A stretch of 64,000 bases of DNA from a plasmid. The stretch is from sequence record NZ_CP024426.1; one strand, 5' to 3'. The stretch's first letter is position 1, and each line of letters opens with the position of its first letter. The notes beneath the pieces were generated by a model that searched no databases, was not told the origin of the DNA, and worked only from the letters and a program-made list of their open reading frames with translations. Shown here one piece after another: positions 48,949 through 60,547 of the stretch. Both the position numbers and the translations under genes were made by a program.

Positions 48949-50483
48949 GCGGCTTTCCCCTGCGGTTGACCGATGCCCGCTGCGGCGCGGACCAGGTTTT
49001 CGGGTGTCATCGCCTCGCCCGCGAATTCGCCGGCAATGCGGCCTTCGCGCATGACGATGACGCGGTCGGACATGCCCAGCACCTCGGGGATCTCGCTGCT
49101 GACCATGATGACCGCCAGCCCCTCGGCGGCCAGTTCGGACATGAAGTCGTGGACGGCGGCCTTGGACCCGATGTCGATGCCCTTGGTCGGCTCGTCCAGG
49201 ATGATGACGCGGGGCCTGGTCGCCAGCCATTTGGCGATGACCACCTTCTGCTGGTTGCCGCCCGACAGCAGCCCCACGTCCTGATCGAGGCTTGCCGCGC
49301 GCAGGTCCAGCCGGCGGGTGTATTCGCGGGCCAGCGCGAATTCCTGCGCCAGCCGCAGGAAGCCGTCGCGGCTGGTGCGGGAAAGCGACGGCAGCGTGAC
49401 GTTCTGATAGATCGGCAGGCCCTTGATCGCGCCCTGCCGGCCCCGATCCTCGGGGACATAGACGATGCCCGCCTGAACCGCCTGCGCGGTCGAGCGGATG
49501 ACCCGCACCTGATCGTCGATGCGGCAGGCCCCGCGCGACGGCCGGGTGATGCCGAACAGCGCCTGCATCAGTTCCGACCGGCCGGCGCCGACCAGGCCGT
49601 AAAAGCCCAGGATCTCGCCCCGGTGCAGGGTAAAGTCGATGCCCTCGAATTCGGTCGGATGGGCATAGCCCGCGACGGTCAGGACCGGCCGGCCGATCCG
49701 GGCCGGGCGCTTGGGATAGATCTGGTCGACCGAGCGGCCGACCATCATTCGCACCAGGTCGCCCTCGGTCACGTCGGCCATCAGACCCTGGCCCACGAAT
49801 TGCCCGTCGCGGAACACGGTCCAGCGGTCGGCGATGCGAAAGATCTCGTCGAACTTGTGGCTGATGAACAGGATCGCCTTGCCCTGGCGCTTGAGCGTGT
49901 CGACCAGGTCGTAAAGCTCGGCGATTTCCTTGTGGGAGAGCGCGGCGGTCGGTTCGTCCATGATGACCACGCGCGCGTCGATGGATAGCGCCCGGGCGAT
50001 GGCGACCAGGTGCTTGCTGGCTATCCCCAGGTCGCGCAGGCGCGTGCCGGGATCAAGCTCGGCGCCGATGCCGCGCAGGATGGCGCGGGCTCGCTCGCGC
50101 ATGGCGGCGCGGTCGATCAGGCCCAGGCGGGTGCGGGGCGCGTGGCCGATGAAGATGTTCTCGGCCACCGTCAGTTCGTCGAACAGCACCGTTTCCTGGT
50201 GGATCGCCGTCACCCCCGCCTGCCCCGCCGCCTGGGCGGTAGGGAAATGCGCGGGGCGGCCATCGACCAGGATCTGCCCCTCGTCCGGCTGGTAGATGCC
50301 GGTCAGGACCTTGACGATGGTGGACTTGCCGGCGCCGTTCTCGCCCACCAGCGCCGTGACCTGGCCGGGGTAAAGGTCCAGTTCGACCCCGCCAAGGGCG
50401 CGGACACCGGGGAATGTCTTGACGATGCCGCGCAGCGACAGCACCGGCGCGGTGCCGTCCAGCGGCCGGGGTTCAGCCTGCAT
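48945..50483 (-). CDS. rhaT: Sugar ABC transporter ATP-binding protein with duplicated NBDs
   Basis: Two Walker A/signature sets (GENGAGKST...; second NBD LSGGNQQK); 512 aa; start MQAEPRPL at the complement of 50481-50483. Confidence 0.85.
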   Translation of the reverse strand: MQAEPRPLDGTAPVLSLRGIVKTFPGVRALGGVELDLYPGQVTALVGENGAGKSTIVKVLTGIYQPDEGQILVDGRPAHFPTAQAAGQAGVTAIHQETVLFDELTVAENIFIGHAPRTRLGLIDRAAMRERARAILRGIGAELDPGTRLRDLGIASKHLVAIARALSIDARVVIMDEPTAALSHKEIAELYDLVDTLKRQGKAILFISHKFDEIFRIADRWTVFRDGQFVGQGLMADVTEGDLVRMMVGRSVDQIYPKRPARIGRPVLTVAGYAHPTEFEGIDFTLHRGEILGFYGLVGAGRSELMQALFGITRPSRGACRIDDQVRVIRSTAQAVQAGIVYVPEDRGRQGAIKGLPIYQNVTLPSLSRTSRDGFLRLAQEFALAREYTRRLDLRAASLDQDVGLLSGGNQQKVVIAKWLATRPRVIILDEPTKGIDIGSKAAVHDFMSELAAEGLAVIMVSSEIPEVLGMSDRVIVMREGRIAGEFAGEAMTPENLVRAAAGIGQPQGKAA

Positions 50484-50550
50484 GATCCGGTTCCTTGATA
50501 TGTCCCGGCACGGGCAGCAGCCCATGCCGGAGGCCGACGGTCGCGACGGA

Positions 50551-51543
50551 TCAGAAGATCGCGGCGAACTGGTCGATGTTGGAGGCGTCATAGACGAAGG
50601 GATCGGCCATCGCCGCCTCGGTCTTGTCGTCCAGCGTGATCTGGCCCATGCGGCCGATCGGGATGGTCGCGCCGGGCTCGGCCTTCACCTCGCCCTTGGC
50701 CAGGTGATAGGCGGCCATGGTCGCCGAATAGCCCAGGTCAATGGGGTTCCAGATCGCGAAAGACTTCGAGGCGCCCGATTTCACATGCCCCGCCATTTCC
50801 GACGGCAGCCCCAGCCCGGTCACGTTCACCTGGCCGATCTTGCCCGCGTCCGTCACCGCCTGGGCGGCCGCGACGATGCCCACGCTGGTCGGCGCGATGA
50901 TGGCCTTGAGGTTCGGATAGGTCTGCATCAGGCCCTGCGCCTCGCGATAGGACTTGTCGGCCAGGTCGTCGCCATAGACCGTACCCACGACCTTCACGTT
51001 CGGATAGTTGCCCGCGACCTTGTTCATCTCTTCGATCCAGGTGTTCTGGTTGGTCGAGGTGGTGGTGGCCGACAGGACCGCGACCTCGCCGCCCTCGGGC
51101 AGATGGTCGGCGGCCAGCTTGATGATCGTGTTGCCGATCAGCGCGGGCGAGGACGGGTTCAGCTGCATCTGCCGCCCTTCGGGCGCGACGCCGCTGTCCC
51201 AGCTGATGACGGTGATGCCGCGCTGCATGGCCTTTTTCAGCGTCGGCACCAGCGCGTCGGTGTCATTGGCGCTGATCGCGATGGCGTCGACCTTTTGCGC
51301 GATCAGGCTGTTGATGACCTCGATCTGGCCCTCGGCGGTGGTGTCGGTCGGGCCGGTATAGATGATCTCGACGTCGCCCAGCTCCTTGGCGGCTTCCTGC
51401 GCGCCCTTGTTCGCGGCCTCGAAAAAGCCGATGCCAAGCGCCTTGGCGACCAGCGCGATACGCACGGGCTCGGCCTGCGCCGCCCCGGCCATCAAAGCGC
51501 TGGCGACGGCGGCCGTGGTCAGTGCCTTTCGGATGATGCTCAT
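50551..51543 (-). CDS. rhaS: Rhamnose-type ABC transporter periplasmic substrate-binding protein
   Basis: Signal peptide MSIIRKALTTAAVASALMAGAAQA; Peripla_BP-like. Confidence 0.8.
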   Translation of the reverse strand: MSIIRKALTTAAVASALMAGAAQAEPVRIALVAKALGIGFFEAANKGAQEAAKELGDVEIIYTGPTDTTAEGQIEVINSLIAQKVDAIAISANDTDALVPTLKKAMQRGITVISWDSGVAPEGRQMQLNPSSPALIGNTIIKLAADHLPEGGEVAVLSATTTSTNQNTWIEEMNKVAGNYPNVKVVGTVYGDDLADKSYREAQGLMQTYPNLKAIIAPTSVGIVAAAQAVTDAGKIGQVNVTGLGLPSEMAGHVKSGASKSFAIWNPIDLGYSATMAAYHLAKGEVKAEPGATIPIGRMGQITLDDKTEAAMADPFVYDASNIDQFAAIF

Positions 51544-51577
51544 GTGTCTTCCCCTCCCATTGAGCGTTTCGCGCCGC

Positions 51578-52381
51578 CTACTCTTCGGCGCGTTTTCGGT
51601 TGTCCGGCGCGGCCTCGGCCACGATCAGACGGATCTCCGCCGCTTCCAGCATGCGGGCGGCGCGGTCGTCGATGCCTTCGTCGGTGATGACGGTGTGGAT
51701 GCGCGCCAGCGGGCAGAGCAGCAGGCTGGAGCGCTGGTCGAATTTCGAGCTGTCGGCCAGCACGATCAGTTCGTCCGCCTGGCCGATCAGCTTCTGTTCG
51801 GCCTGGATCAGCAGCGGGTCGCCCTCCATCAGCCCCAGCGGCCCGAGGCCCCGGCAGCCGATGAACATGCGCCGGGCATAGAAATGGCTGCTGCCGTCCT
51901 CGTCGAAGGGCGACAGGATGATGTTCTGTTCGCGATAGATCGCGCCCGCCGGCAAAAGCACCGTGTTCTTGCTGTGCTTGAGCAGATGTTCGGCGATCGG
52001 AAAGCTGTTGGTGAACACCTGCATCCGCCGCGCGCTCAGCGGGTGGACCATCTGGAAGGTGGTGGTGCCGCCGTTGATGATGATGGCGTCGCCGTCCTGG
52101 CACAGGTCCACCGCCGCTTGGGCGATGGCGCGCTTTTCGGCCATGCGGATGGTCTGGTTCACGGCAAAGGGGCGGGCGTTGATGCCGACGAACTGCGGCG
52201 GCGCGATGGCCTCGGCCCCGCCCCGAACGCGGCGCAGCTTCTTGGCGACGTGCAACTGGGCGATGTCGCGCCGTACCGTGGCCTCGGACACGCCGGTCAG
52301 GGCGCAAAGGTCCGCGACCGTGACCACGGGCCGGTCCTGCACGGCCGACAGGATGATGCGATGGCGTTCCGTTTCCAGCAT
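51578..52381 (-). CDS. rhaR: DeoR-family transcriptional regulator
   Basis: N-terminal HTH (VTVADLCALTGVSEATVRRDIAQL) followed by a DeoR C-terminal sugar-phosphate-binding domain; start MLETERHRI at the complement of 52379-52381. Confidence 0.8.
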   Translation of the reverse strand: MLETERHRIILSAVQDRPVVTVADLCALTGVSEATVRRDIAQLHVAKKLRRVRGGAEAIAPPQFVGINARPFAVNQTIRMAEKRAIAQAAVDLCQDGDAIIINGGTTTFQMVHPLSARRMQVFTNSFPIAEHLLKHSKNTVLLPAGAIYREQNIILSPFDEDGSSHFYARRMFIGCRGLGPLGLMEGDPLLIQAEQKLIGQADELIVLADSSKFDQRSSLLLCPLARIHTVITDEGIDDRAARMLEAAEIRLIVAEAAPDNRKRAEE

Positions 52382-52404
52382 GGATTCCCCTTCCCTGTTT
52401 GCCA

Positions 52405-52500
52405 CTCTCTCGCATCTTCGATCAATGTCAATCATTTTCACGCGCAGAATGGCTTTCTGCATCCGCATAATGATCGGTTATGATCGAAAATGATTGACAA
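52405..52500. promoter_or_regulatory. AT-rich divergent rha promoter region with three direct ATGATYGR repeats and one inverted copy; candidate DeoR (RhaR) operator
   Basis: Sequence atcaatgtcaatcatttt ... taATGATCGGttATGATCGAaaATGATTGAcaa; repeats are spaced about 11 bp apart; the strongest AT-rich island in the window. Confidence 0.45.
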
Positions 52501-52568
52501 CCGGGTGCGTGCACCCCCTATTTGCCGCAGGGAAAGGCGGCCGGGCCGCCGCATCAGGGGGGAAATCC

Positions 52569-54671
52569 ATGACGCAGACCATGACCGCCAACCGGCTGGA
52601 AAACCTGTGGGACGATGCCCGCGCCGCCGGGATGAGCGAATCGGAAAAGCTGCTTTACCGCTCGAACCTGCTGGGCTCGGACAAGCGGGTGACGAACTAT
52701 GGCGGCGGCAACACCAGCGCCAAGGTGCTTGAGACCGACCCCCTGACCGGCGAACAGGTCGAGGTGCTGTGGGTCAAGGGATCGGGCGGCGACATCGGGT
52801 CCATGGGCATGGACGGCTTCGCCACGCTTTACATGGACAAGCTGCGCGCGCTGAAGGGCAAGTATCGCGGCGTCGCGCATGAGGACGAGATGGTGGGCTA
52901 TCTGCCCCATTGCACCTTTGCGCTGAACCCCCGGGCGGCCAGCATCGACACGCCGCTGCACGCCTATGTGCCGAAAAGACACGTCGATCACGTCCATTCC
53001 GACGCGATCATCGCCATCGCGGCCTCGGTCAATTCGCGCGAGCTGACGGCCGAGATCTTTGGCGACGAAATCGGCTGGCTGCCCTGGAAGAAGCCCGGCT
53101 ATGAACTGGGCCTGTGGCTGGAAAAGCTTGCGACCGAAAACCCGCAGATGCGCGGCGCGGTGCTGGAAAGCCACGGCCTGTTCACCTGGGCGGACGACGC
53201 CAAGGACTGCTACCTGACCACGTTGGAGATCATCAACAAGGCCGCCGCCTGGCTTGAGGCGCGTAGCGCAGGCAAGCCGGCATTCGGCGGCCAGACCCGC
53301 CCGACGCTGGAGCCGGCCGAACGCCGCGCCATCGCGGCCCGACTGATGCCGGTGATCCGGGGACTGATTTCCCGGGACCGCCACAAGGTGGGGCATTTCG
53401 ACGACCAGCCGGCGGTGCTGGATTTCGTGGGCTCGGCCATGCTGGAGACGCTGGCGCCGCTCGGCACCTCGTGCCCGGACCATTTCCTGCGCACCAAGAT
53501 CCGGCCGCTGGTGGTGGATTTCGACCCCGCGAACCCCGACCTGGATGCGACCATCGCCGGGCTGGAACAGGCCGTCGCCGATTACCGCGACGATTACGCG
53601 GCCTATTACGACCGCTGCAAGCATCCCGACAGCCCCGCCCTGCGCGACCCGAACGCGGTCGTCTATCTGGTGCCCGGCGTGGGGATGCTGACATTCGCGC
53701 TGGACAAGGTGACGGCGCGCATCTCGGGCGAATTCTATGTGAACGCGATCAACGTGATGCGCGGCGCAAGCGCCGTCAGCACCTATCAGGGCCTGCCGGA
53801 ACAGGAGGCCTTCGACATCGAATACTGGCTGCTTGAGGAAGCCAAGCTGCAACGCATGCCGAAACCCAAATCGCTGGCCGGGCGGGTGGCGCTGGTCACC
53901 GGCGGCGCCGGCGGCATCGGCGCGGCCACCGCCGAACGCTTCCTGCGCGAAGGCGCCTGCGTCATGCTGGCCGACATCGACGCCGACGCGCTGAAGATCG
54001 CGCAGGATGGGCTGGCCGGGCAGTTCGGGCGCGACATGGTGCGATCGGTGCAGATGAACGTCACCGACGAGGTCCAGGTGGTGCGCGCCTATGCCGAAAT
54101 GGCGGTCGAGTTCGGCGGCATCGACATTCTGGTGTCGAACGCGGGCATCGCCTCGTCCGCGCCGATCGAGGGCACCTCGCTGGCGCTGTGGAACCGCAAC
54201 ATGGACATCCTGTCCACCGGTTACTTCCTGGTCTCGCGCGAGGGATTCCGAATGCTGCGCACGCAGGGGATCGGCGGCGCGGTGGTGTTCGTCGCCTCGA
54301 AGAACGGGTTGGCGGCCAGCCCCAATGCCTCGGCCTATTGCACCGCCAAGGCGGCCGAGATCCATCTGGCGCGCTGCCTGGCGCTGGAAGGGGCCGAGGC
54401 CGGCATCCGCGTCAACGTCATCAATCCCGACGCCGTGCTGCGCGGATCCCGCATCTGGGAAGGCGAATGGCTGGACCAGCGCGCATCCACCTATGGCACC
54501 GACAAGGAGGGGCTTGAGGAGATGTATCGCAAGCGGTCGCTGCTGAAACGCTCGGTCCTGCCCGAGGATATTGCCGAGGGGGTCTATTTCCTGGCCAGCG
54601 ATCTGTCGGCCAAGTCGACCGGAAACATCCTGAACGTGGACGCGGGCAACGTCCAGTCTTTTACCCGGTAA
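52569..54671 (+). CDS. rhaD: Bifunctional rhamnulose-1-phosphate aldolase / short-chain dehydrogenase
   Basis: N-terminal class II aldolase/adducin-like domain and C-terminal SDR (VTGGAGGIGAATA ... YCTAKAAEIHL); 700 aa; characteristic of the alphaproteobacterial rhamnose pathway. Confidence 0.85.
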   Translation: MTQTMTANRLENLWDDARAAGMSESEKLLYRSNLLGSDKRVTNYGGGNTSAKVLETDPLTGEQVEVLWVKGSGGDIGSMGMDGFATLYMDKLRALKGKYRGVAHEDEMVGYLPHCTFALNPRAASIDTPLHAYVPKRHVDHVHSDAIIAIAASVNSRELTAEIFGDEIGWLPWKKPGYELGLWLEKLATENPQMRGAVLESHGLFTWADDAKDCYLTTLEIINKAAAWLEARSAGKPAFGGQTRPTLEPAERRAIAARLMPVIRGLISRDRHKVGHFDDQPAVLDFVGSAMLETLAPLGTSCPDHFLRTKIRPLVVDFDPANPDLDATIAGLEQAVADYRDDYAAYYDRCKHPDSPALRDPNAVVYLVPGVGMLTFALDKVTARISGEFYVNAINVMRGASAVSTYQGLPEQEAFDIEYWLLEEAKLQRMPKPKSLAGRVALVTGGAGGIGAATAERFLREGACVMLADIDADALKIAQDGLAGQFGRDMVRSVQMNVTDEVQVVRAYAEMAVEFGGIDILVSNAGIASSAPIEGTSLALWNRNMDILSTGYFLVSREGFRMLRTQGIGGAVVFVASKNGLAASPNASAYCTAKAAEIHLARCLALEGAEAGIRVNVINPDAVLRGSRIWEGEWLDQRASTYGTDKEGLEEMYRKRSLLKRSVLPEDIAEGVYFLASDLSAKSTGNILNVDAGNVQSFTR

Positions 54672-54676
54672 GCGCC

Positions 54677-55945
54677 ATGAAGGATGTGATCGAACAGGAC
54701 AATGCCGCGCGCAAAGCCGACCTGCGCGCCGACTATGACGCGCTTGGCGCAAAGCTGGCCCGGCGCGGCGTCGATATCGAGGCGCTGACCGACCGCGCCA
54801 TGGGTTTTGGCGTCGCGGTGCCCAGCTGGGGCACCGGCACCGGCGGCACCCGCTTTGCCCGCTTCCCGGGCGAGGGCGAGCCGCGCGGGATCATGGACAA
54901 GCTGGACGATTGCGGCGTGATCCACGCCCTGACCGGGGCCACGCCGCGCGTCAGCCTGCACATTCCCTGGGACAAGGAAGACCCGGCGCTGTTGCGCGAA
55001 AAGGCCGAGACGGTCGGGCTGGGGTTCGACGCCATGAACTCGAACACCTTCCAGGACCAGGCGGGACAGCGGCTCAGCTACAAGTTCGGCTCGCTGTCCC
55101 ACACCGACGCGGCGGTGCGGGCGCAGGCGGTCGAGCACAACCTGGAATGCATCGAGATCGGCCGCGCCATCGGCTCGCGCGCACTGACGGTCTGGATTGG
55201 GGATGGCTCGAACTTTCCCGGCCAGACCAGCCTCTCGCGCCAGTTCGAGCGGTATCTGGACGCGATGAAGCAGGTCTATGCCGGCCTGCCCGAGGACTGG
55301 CGGATCTTTTCCGAACACAAGATCTATGAACCGGCGTTCTATTCGACGGTGGTGCAGGACTGGGGCACCAGCCTGATGACCGCGCAGGAGTTGGGCCCCA
55401 AGGCGCAATGCCTGGTGGACCTGGGCCATCACGCGCCCAACGTGAACATCGAGATGATCGTCTCGCGCCTGATCCGCGCGGGCAAGCTGGGCGGTTTCCA
55501 CTTCAACGACAGCAAATACGGCGACGACGACCTGGACAGCGGCACCATCGACCCGTTCCGTCTGTTCCTGGTCTGGAACGAGCTGGTCGAGCTTGAGGAT
55601 ACGCCCGGCCTGGACCTGGCGCATATGATCGACCAAAGCCACAATGTCACCGACCCCATCGAAAGCCTGATCGTCAGCGCGGTGGAAATCCAGCGCGCCT
55701 ATGTCCAGGCATCGCTGGTCGACCTTAGGGCGCTGGACGGATACCGGCAGGACAACGACGCGCTGATGGCGGCAGCGACCCTGCGTGCGGCGTTCCGCAC
55801 CGATGTCGAGCCGATCCTGCAGATGGCGCGGCTGCGCAAGGGCGCGGCCGTCGAGCCGGTGGCGGCCTTCCGCGCCAGCGGCTACCGCGCGCGGGTCGCG
55901 GCGAGCCGGCCGAAATCGGCCGCGGGCGGCGGCGGGATCGTCTAG
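54677..55945 (+). CDS. rhaI: L-rhamnose isomerase (alphaproteobacterial RhaI, xylose-isomerase-like TIM barrel)
   Basis: 422 aa; follows rhaD with a 5-nt gap. Confidence 0.8.
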   Translation: MKDVIEQDNAARKADLRADYDALGAKLARRGVDIEALTDRAMGFGVAVPSWGTGTGGTRFARFPGEGEPRGIMDKLDDCGVIHALTGATPRVSLHIPWDKEDPALLREKAETVGLGFDAMNSNTFQDQAGQRLSYKFGSLSHTDAAVRAQAVEHNLECIEIGRAIGSRALTVWIGDGSNFPGQTSLSRQFERYLDAMKQVYAGLPEDWRIFSEHKIYEPAFYSTVVQDWGTSLMTAQELGPKAQCLVDLGHHAPNVNIEMIVSRLIRAGKLGGFHFNDSKYGDDDLDSGTIDPFRLFLVWNELVELEDTPGLDLAHMIDQSHNVTDPIESLIVSAVEIQRAYVQASLVDLRALDGYRQDNDALMAAATLRAAFRTDVEPILQMARLRKGAAVEPVAAFRASGYRARVAASRPKSAAGGGGIV

Positions 55946-56910
55946 GGCTGATCCAGCAGCAGGCGGGCGGTCACGTCATCCGTGACCAGGACCGTGGCCA
56001 GCCCCGCCTGCAGCACGGCGCGCAGAATCGCCACCTTGTGCGGACCCGCAGCCGCCAGCACGCGTTCTGGAGCCTGGCGCAGCACCTCGAGTTCGATCCC
56101 GATGGTGCTGTCGTTCAGGCGGGTCGCGACCACCTGCCCCGACGCGTCCAGGAACCGCCCCACCACGTCGCCCACGGCACCGGCCCGTGTCAGGTCCTGC
56201 GCCGAGATGCCGGCGGGCAGGCCGGTGCGGATCAGGTAGCTGGCCTGGGAAATGTCGCTGGCCGTCATGATCGCGGCGTCCAGCCGGCCCATCTTGTCGT
56301 AATGTTCCGCAAAGATGTCCTGGGACAGGAACACGCTGCGGTCGACCTGCGGGGCCAGGAACACCGGCGCGGCCAGCAGCGAATAGCGCGCGCCCAACCG
56401 GCCCGCCAGGGTCGATGCAATGCCGAAGGCATTGAAGGACTCGCCCCGGCTGGTGCCGCCGATCATCGAGATGATTTCCAGGTCGGGATGACTTTCCTGG
56501 ACCAACCGGTCGATGGCCGATTGCAGGGTCATGCCCCAGGACACGCCCAGCCGGTGCCAGGCCCCGGTGCGCAGCCGCTCGGCCATGAAGGCCGCCAAGG
56601 CCGCGCCGACGGGCCCGTGATAGTCGTAATGGTCGGGGTCGGCGGGTGCCACGCAGGCACGCTTCAGGCCGAACCGCTGCATCAGCCCGTCCTGCAAGGC
56701 CAGGCGCGGCACGAAGGGCGAGTCGATCTCGATCTTGACCATGCCTTGGCTGCGGGCGCGCTGGATGGCCTGGTTGACGCGCAGGCGGGTCACGCCCAGG
56801 TGCCGGGCAATTTCGGCCTGGGTCATCTCGTTGACGAAATAGTGCCAGCACACTTCGGCAACGAAGGGCTCGGCCTCGGGCAAGGGGTCGACGGGCATGG
56901 CGGTTCTCAT
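55942..56910 (-). CDS. SorC-family sugar-binding transcriptional regulator
   Basis: Sigma-70-r4-like HTH ([25 protein letters not shown]) followed by a SorC/DeoR-type sugar-binding domain; an alternative start lies at 56898. Confidence 0.8.
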   Translation of the reverse strand: MRTAMPVDPLPEAEPFVAEVCWHYFVNEMTQAEIARHLGVTRLRVNQAIQRARSQGMVKIEIDSPFVPRLALQDGLMQRFGLKRACVAPADPDHYDYHGPVGAALAAFMAERLRTGAWHRLGVSWGMTLQSAIDRLVQESHPDLEIISMIGGTSRGESFNAFGIASTLAGRLGARYSLLAAPVFLAPQVDRSVFLSQDIFAEHYDKMGRLDAAIMTASDISQASYLIRTGLPAGISAQDLTRAGAVGDVVGRFLDASGQVVATRLNDSTIGIELEVLRQAPERVLAAAGPHKVAILRAVLQAGLATVLVTDDVTARLLLDQP

Positions 56911-57121
56911 CCACGGCGGGGCGGGGGACGTCAAGATGCCGGCTGCCCCGTCAGACACATCTTTCTCTTTCGGGCGCGCGCATTACAACTGTATTCATTG
57001 CGATACATTTGAAATTTTTCTTGCCAAGCCGCCAGGGCATTTGCCAAGATCATCCCAAGGCGACAGGCCGCGCGCGAGGGAGGATCACCGCGCCAGGCAA
57101 CGCCGGTTAGGGGAGGAAGCA

Positions 57122-58558
<1,437 letters not shown>

Positions 58559-58631
58559 CGAACCCCGGGCCGCCGCTCTGCCCTGCGGCGGCGGCCCGTC
58601 CCGATCCGCACCGCCCGACGGGAGCAAACCG

Positions 58632-59507
58632 ATGCAATCCAGATACCTTGGATGGGTCCTGCTGGCCCCCACGCTGCTGATCCTGTTCCTGTTCGGCGTG
58701 GTTCCGTTCCTTTACGTCGTCTTCGTGTCCTTTCACCAATGGAACCCGTTCGGCGCCAGTCCCGACATGGTGTTCAACTGGGCCGCGAACTATCGGCGCG
58801 TGGTCTTTGACGCGCAGTTCATCGCCTCGCTGGGGGTGACGGCGGCCTTCGTCTTCTTCGCCGTCCTGTCCGAGCTGATCCTGGGCTATGTGCTGGCCCA
58901 GGCCTTCATGAAGGAGTTTCCCGGCAAGGCGTTCTTTCGCACCATCCACACCCTGCCGCTGATCATGGCGCCGATCATCGTGGGTTCGGTCTGGAAGCTG
59001 ATGACCACGCCCTCGATCGGGATCATCCCGGACTTCCTGGCGAACTGGCTGGGATACGATCTGAACATCGGCCAGAACGCCATCCAGGCCTTCGTGACCA
59101 CGGTTGTCATGGACGTGTGGCACTGGACGCCCTTGGTCACGCTGACCTTGATCGCGGCGCTGGTGTCGCTGCCCGCCGACCCGTTCGAGCAGGCCCAGAT
59201 CGACGGCGCGAACCGGCGCCAGATCTTTTGGCACATCACCTTGCCGATGATCCGGCCGGCGATCCTGGCCACCGTCTTCATCCGCATGATGGACGCCATG
59301 CGGACCGTGGACGAGGTCCTGATGCTGACCGGGGGCGGGCCGGGATCGGCCACGCGCTATGTCGGCGTCCATATCTTCAAGGAAGTCTTTCCGCGCACGA
59401 ACTACGGCTATGGCTCGGCCATCTCGGTCGTGGTGCTGTACCTGACCATCGTGGTCTGCTGGCTGATGTATGTGGGCCTGATCGCGCCCCGCAACAAGAA
59501 GGGCTGA
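58632..59507 (+). CDS. Sugar ABC transporter permease (MalF/UgpA type)
   Basis: 6 TM segments; EAA-loop region DGANRRQIFWHITLPMIRPAI. Confidence 0.85.
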   Translation: MQSRYLGWVLLAPTLLILFLFGVVPFLYVVFVSFHQWNPFGASPDMVFNWAANYRRVVFDAQFIASLGVTAAFVFFAVLSELILGYVLAQAFMKEFPGKAFFRTIHTLPLIMAPIIVGSVWKLMTTPSIGIIPDFLANWLGYDLNIGQNAIQAFVTTVVMDVWHWTPLVTLTLIAALVSLPADPFEQAQIDGANRRQIFWHITLPMIRPAILATVFIRMMDAMRTVDEVLMLTGGGPGSATRYVGVHIFKEVFPRTNYGYGSAISVVVLYLTIVVCWLMYVGLIAPRNKKG

Positions 59508-59512
59508 GACCG

Positions 59513-60352
59513 ATGCGCCGCAAGGGAAACCCCTGGCTTGCCGTTCTGTTCTGGACGCTGCTGAGCTTTCTGACGCTGTTCCCGATCTACTGGCTGTTCG
59601 TCATTTCGGTGAAACCCGCGGTCGAGCTGTTCTCGACCCCCTCGCTCTGGCTGACGGACCTGTACTGGAAGAATTATGCGGATGTGCTGAACAACAGCAC
59701 GCTGCGCGGCTATATGCTGAACTCGCTGATCATCTCGTCCGGCAATGCTGTGCTGTGCACGACGCTGGGGTTCCTGGCCTGCTATGCGCTGACGCGGTTC
59801 GAGCTGGGCGGCAAGGAAAGCATCTTCTTCTGGACCATCACCAACCGGATGGCGCCGCCCGCGGTGTTCCTGCTGCCGCTGTTCCTGCTGATGACCCAGG
59901 TCTATCGGATCGGCGATTTCAGCCTGGCGGATACGCGGATCGGGATGATCCTGGTCTATTGCACCTTCAACCTGCCCTTCGCGATCTGGACCCTGCGCCC
60001 CACGCTGGACGGCATCCCGAAGGAACTGGACGAGGCCGCCTATGTCGACGGCGCCAGCCCCTGGCGCGTCATCGGTGAGGTGGTGTTTCCGCTGGCGCGT
60101 CCGGGCCTGGCCGTCACGCTGATCCTGACCTGGGTGTTCGCCTGGAACGAATATCTGCTGGCGGCCACGCTGACCAACTTCAACGCGCGCACCCTGACCA
60201 CGGGCCTGTCGGAATATGTCACCACGACCGGCACCAACTGGGGGATCATGGCCGCCATCTCGGTCTTTACGCTGATCCCGGCGCTGATCGTCTTTGCCCT
60301 GGTCCAGCGCCATATCGTGGCCGGCCTGACCTTTGGCGCGGTGAAAGGATAG
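59513..60352 (+). CDS. Sugar ABC transporter permease (MalG/UgpE type)
   Basis: Start MRRKGNPWLAVLFW; EAA motif ELDEAAYVDGASPWRVIGEVVFPLARPGL. Confidence 0.85.
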   Translation: MRRKGNPWLAVLFWTLLSFLTLFPIYWLFVISVKPAVELFSTPSLWLTDLYWKNYADVLNNSTLRGYMLNSLIISSGNAVLCTTLGFLACYALTRFELGGKESIFFWTITNRMAPPAVFLLPLFLLMTQVYRIGDFSLADTRIGMILVYCTFNLPFAIWTLRPTLDGIPKELDEAAYVDGASPWRVIGEVVFPLARPGLAVTLILTWVFAWNEYLLAATLTNFNARTLTTGLSEYVTTTGTNWGIMAAISVFTLIPALIVFALVQRHIVAGLTFGAVKG

Positions 60353-60355
60353 ATC

Positions 60356-60544
60356 ATGGCCGACAAGCGTCCGGGCTTTCTGCCCATCGAAACGAACTGG
60401 TTCGACCGGCTGTTCATCAGCGTGGTGCTGTGGGTCGCGCTGTCGCTGCTGTGGCTGCGCTTTCTGGAACCGCTGGGCCTGTCCATCTGGATCTGCGTCG
60501 CGATCTCGGTGGTGCTGGCCGTCGTCATCATCCGCAGGGGGTAG
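60356..60544 (+). CDS. Small two-helix membrane protein (DUF2160-like) inserted in the ABC transporter operon
   Basis: 62 aa; MADKRPGFLPIETNWFDRLFISVVLWVALSLLWLRF...; 3-nt gap from the permease gene and from the ADH gene. Confidence 0.6.
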   Translation: MADKRPGFLPIETNWFDRLFISVVLWVALSLLWLRFLEPLGLSIWICVAISVVLAVVIIRRG

Positions 60545-60547
60545 CCG

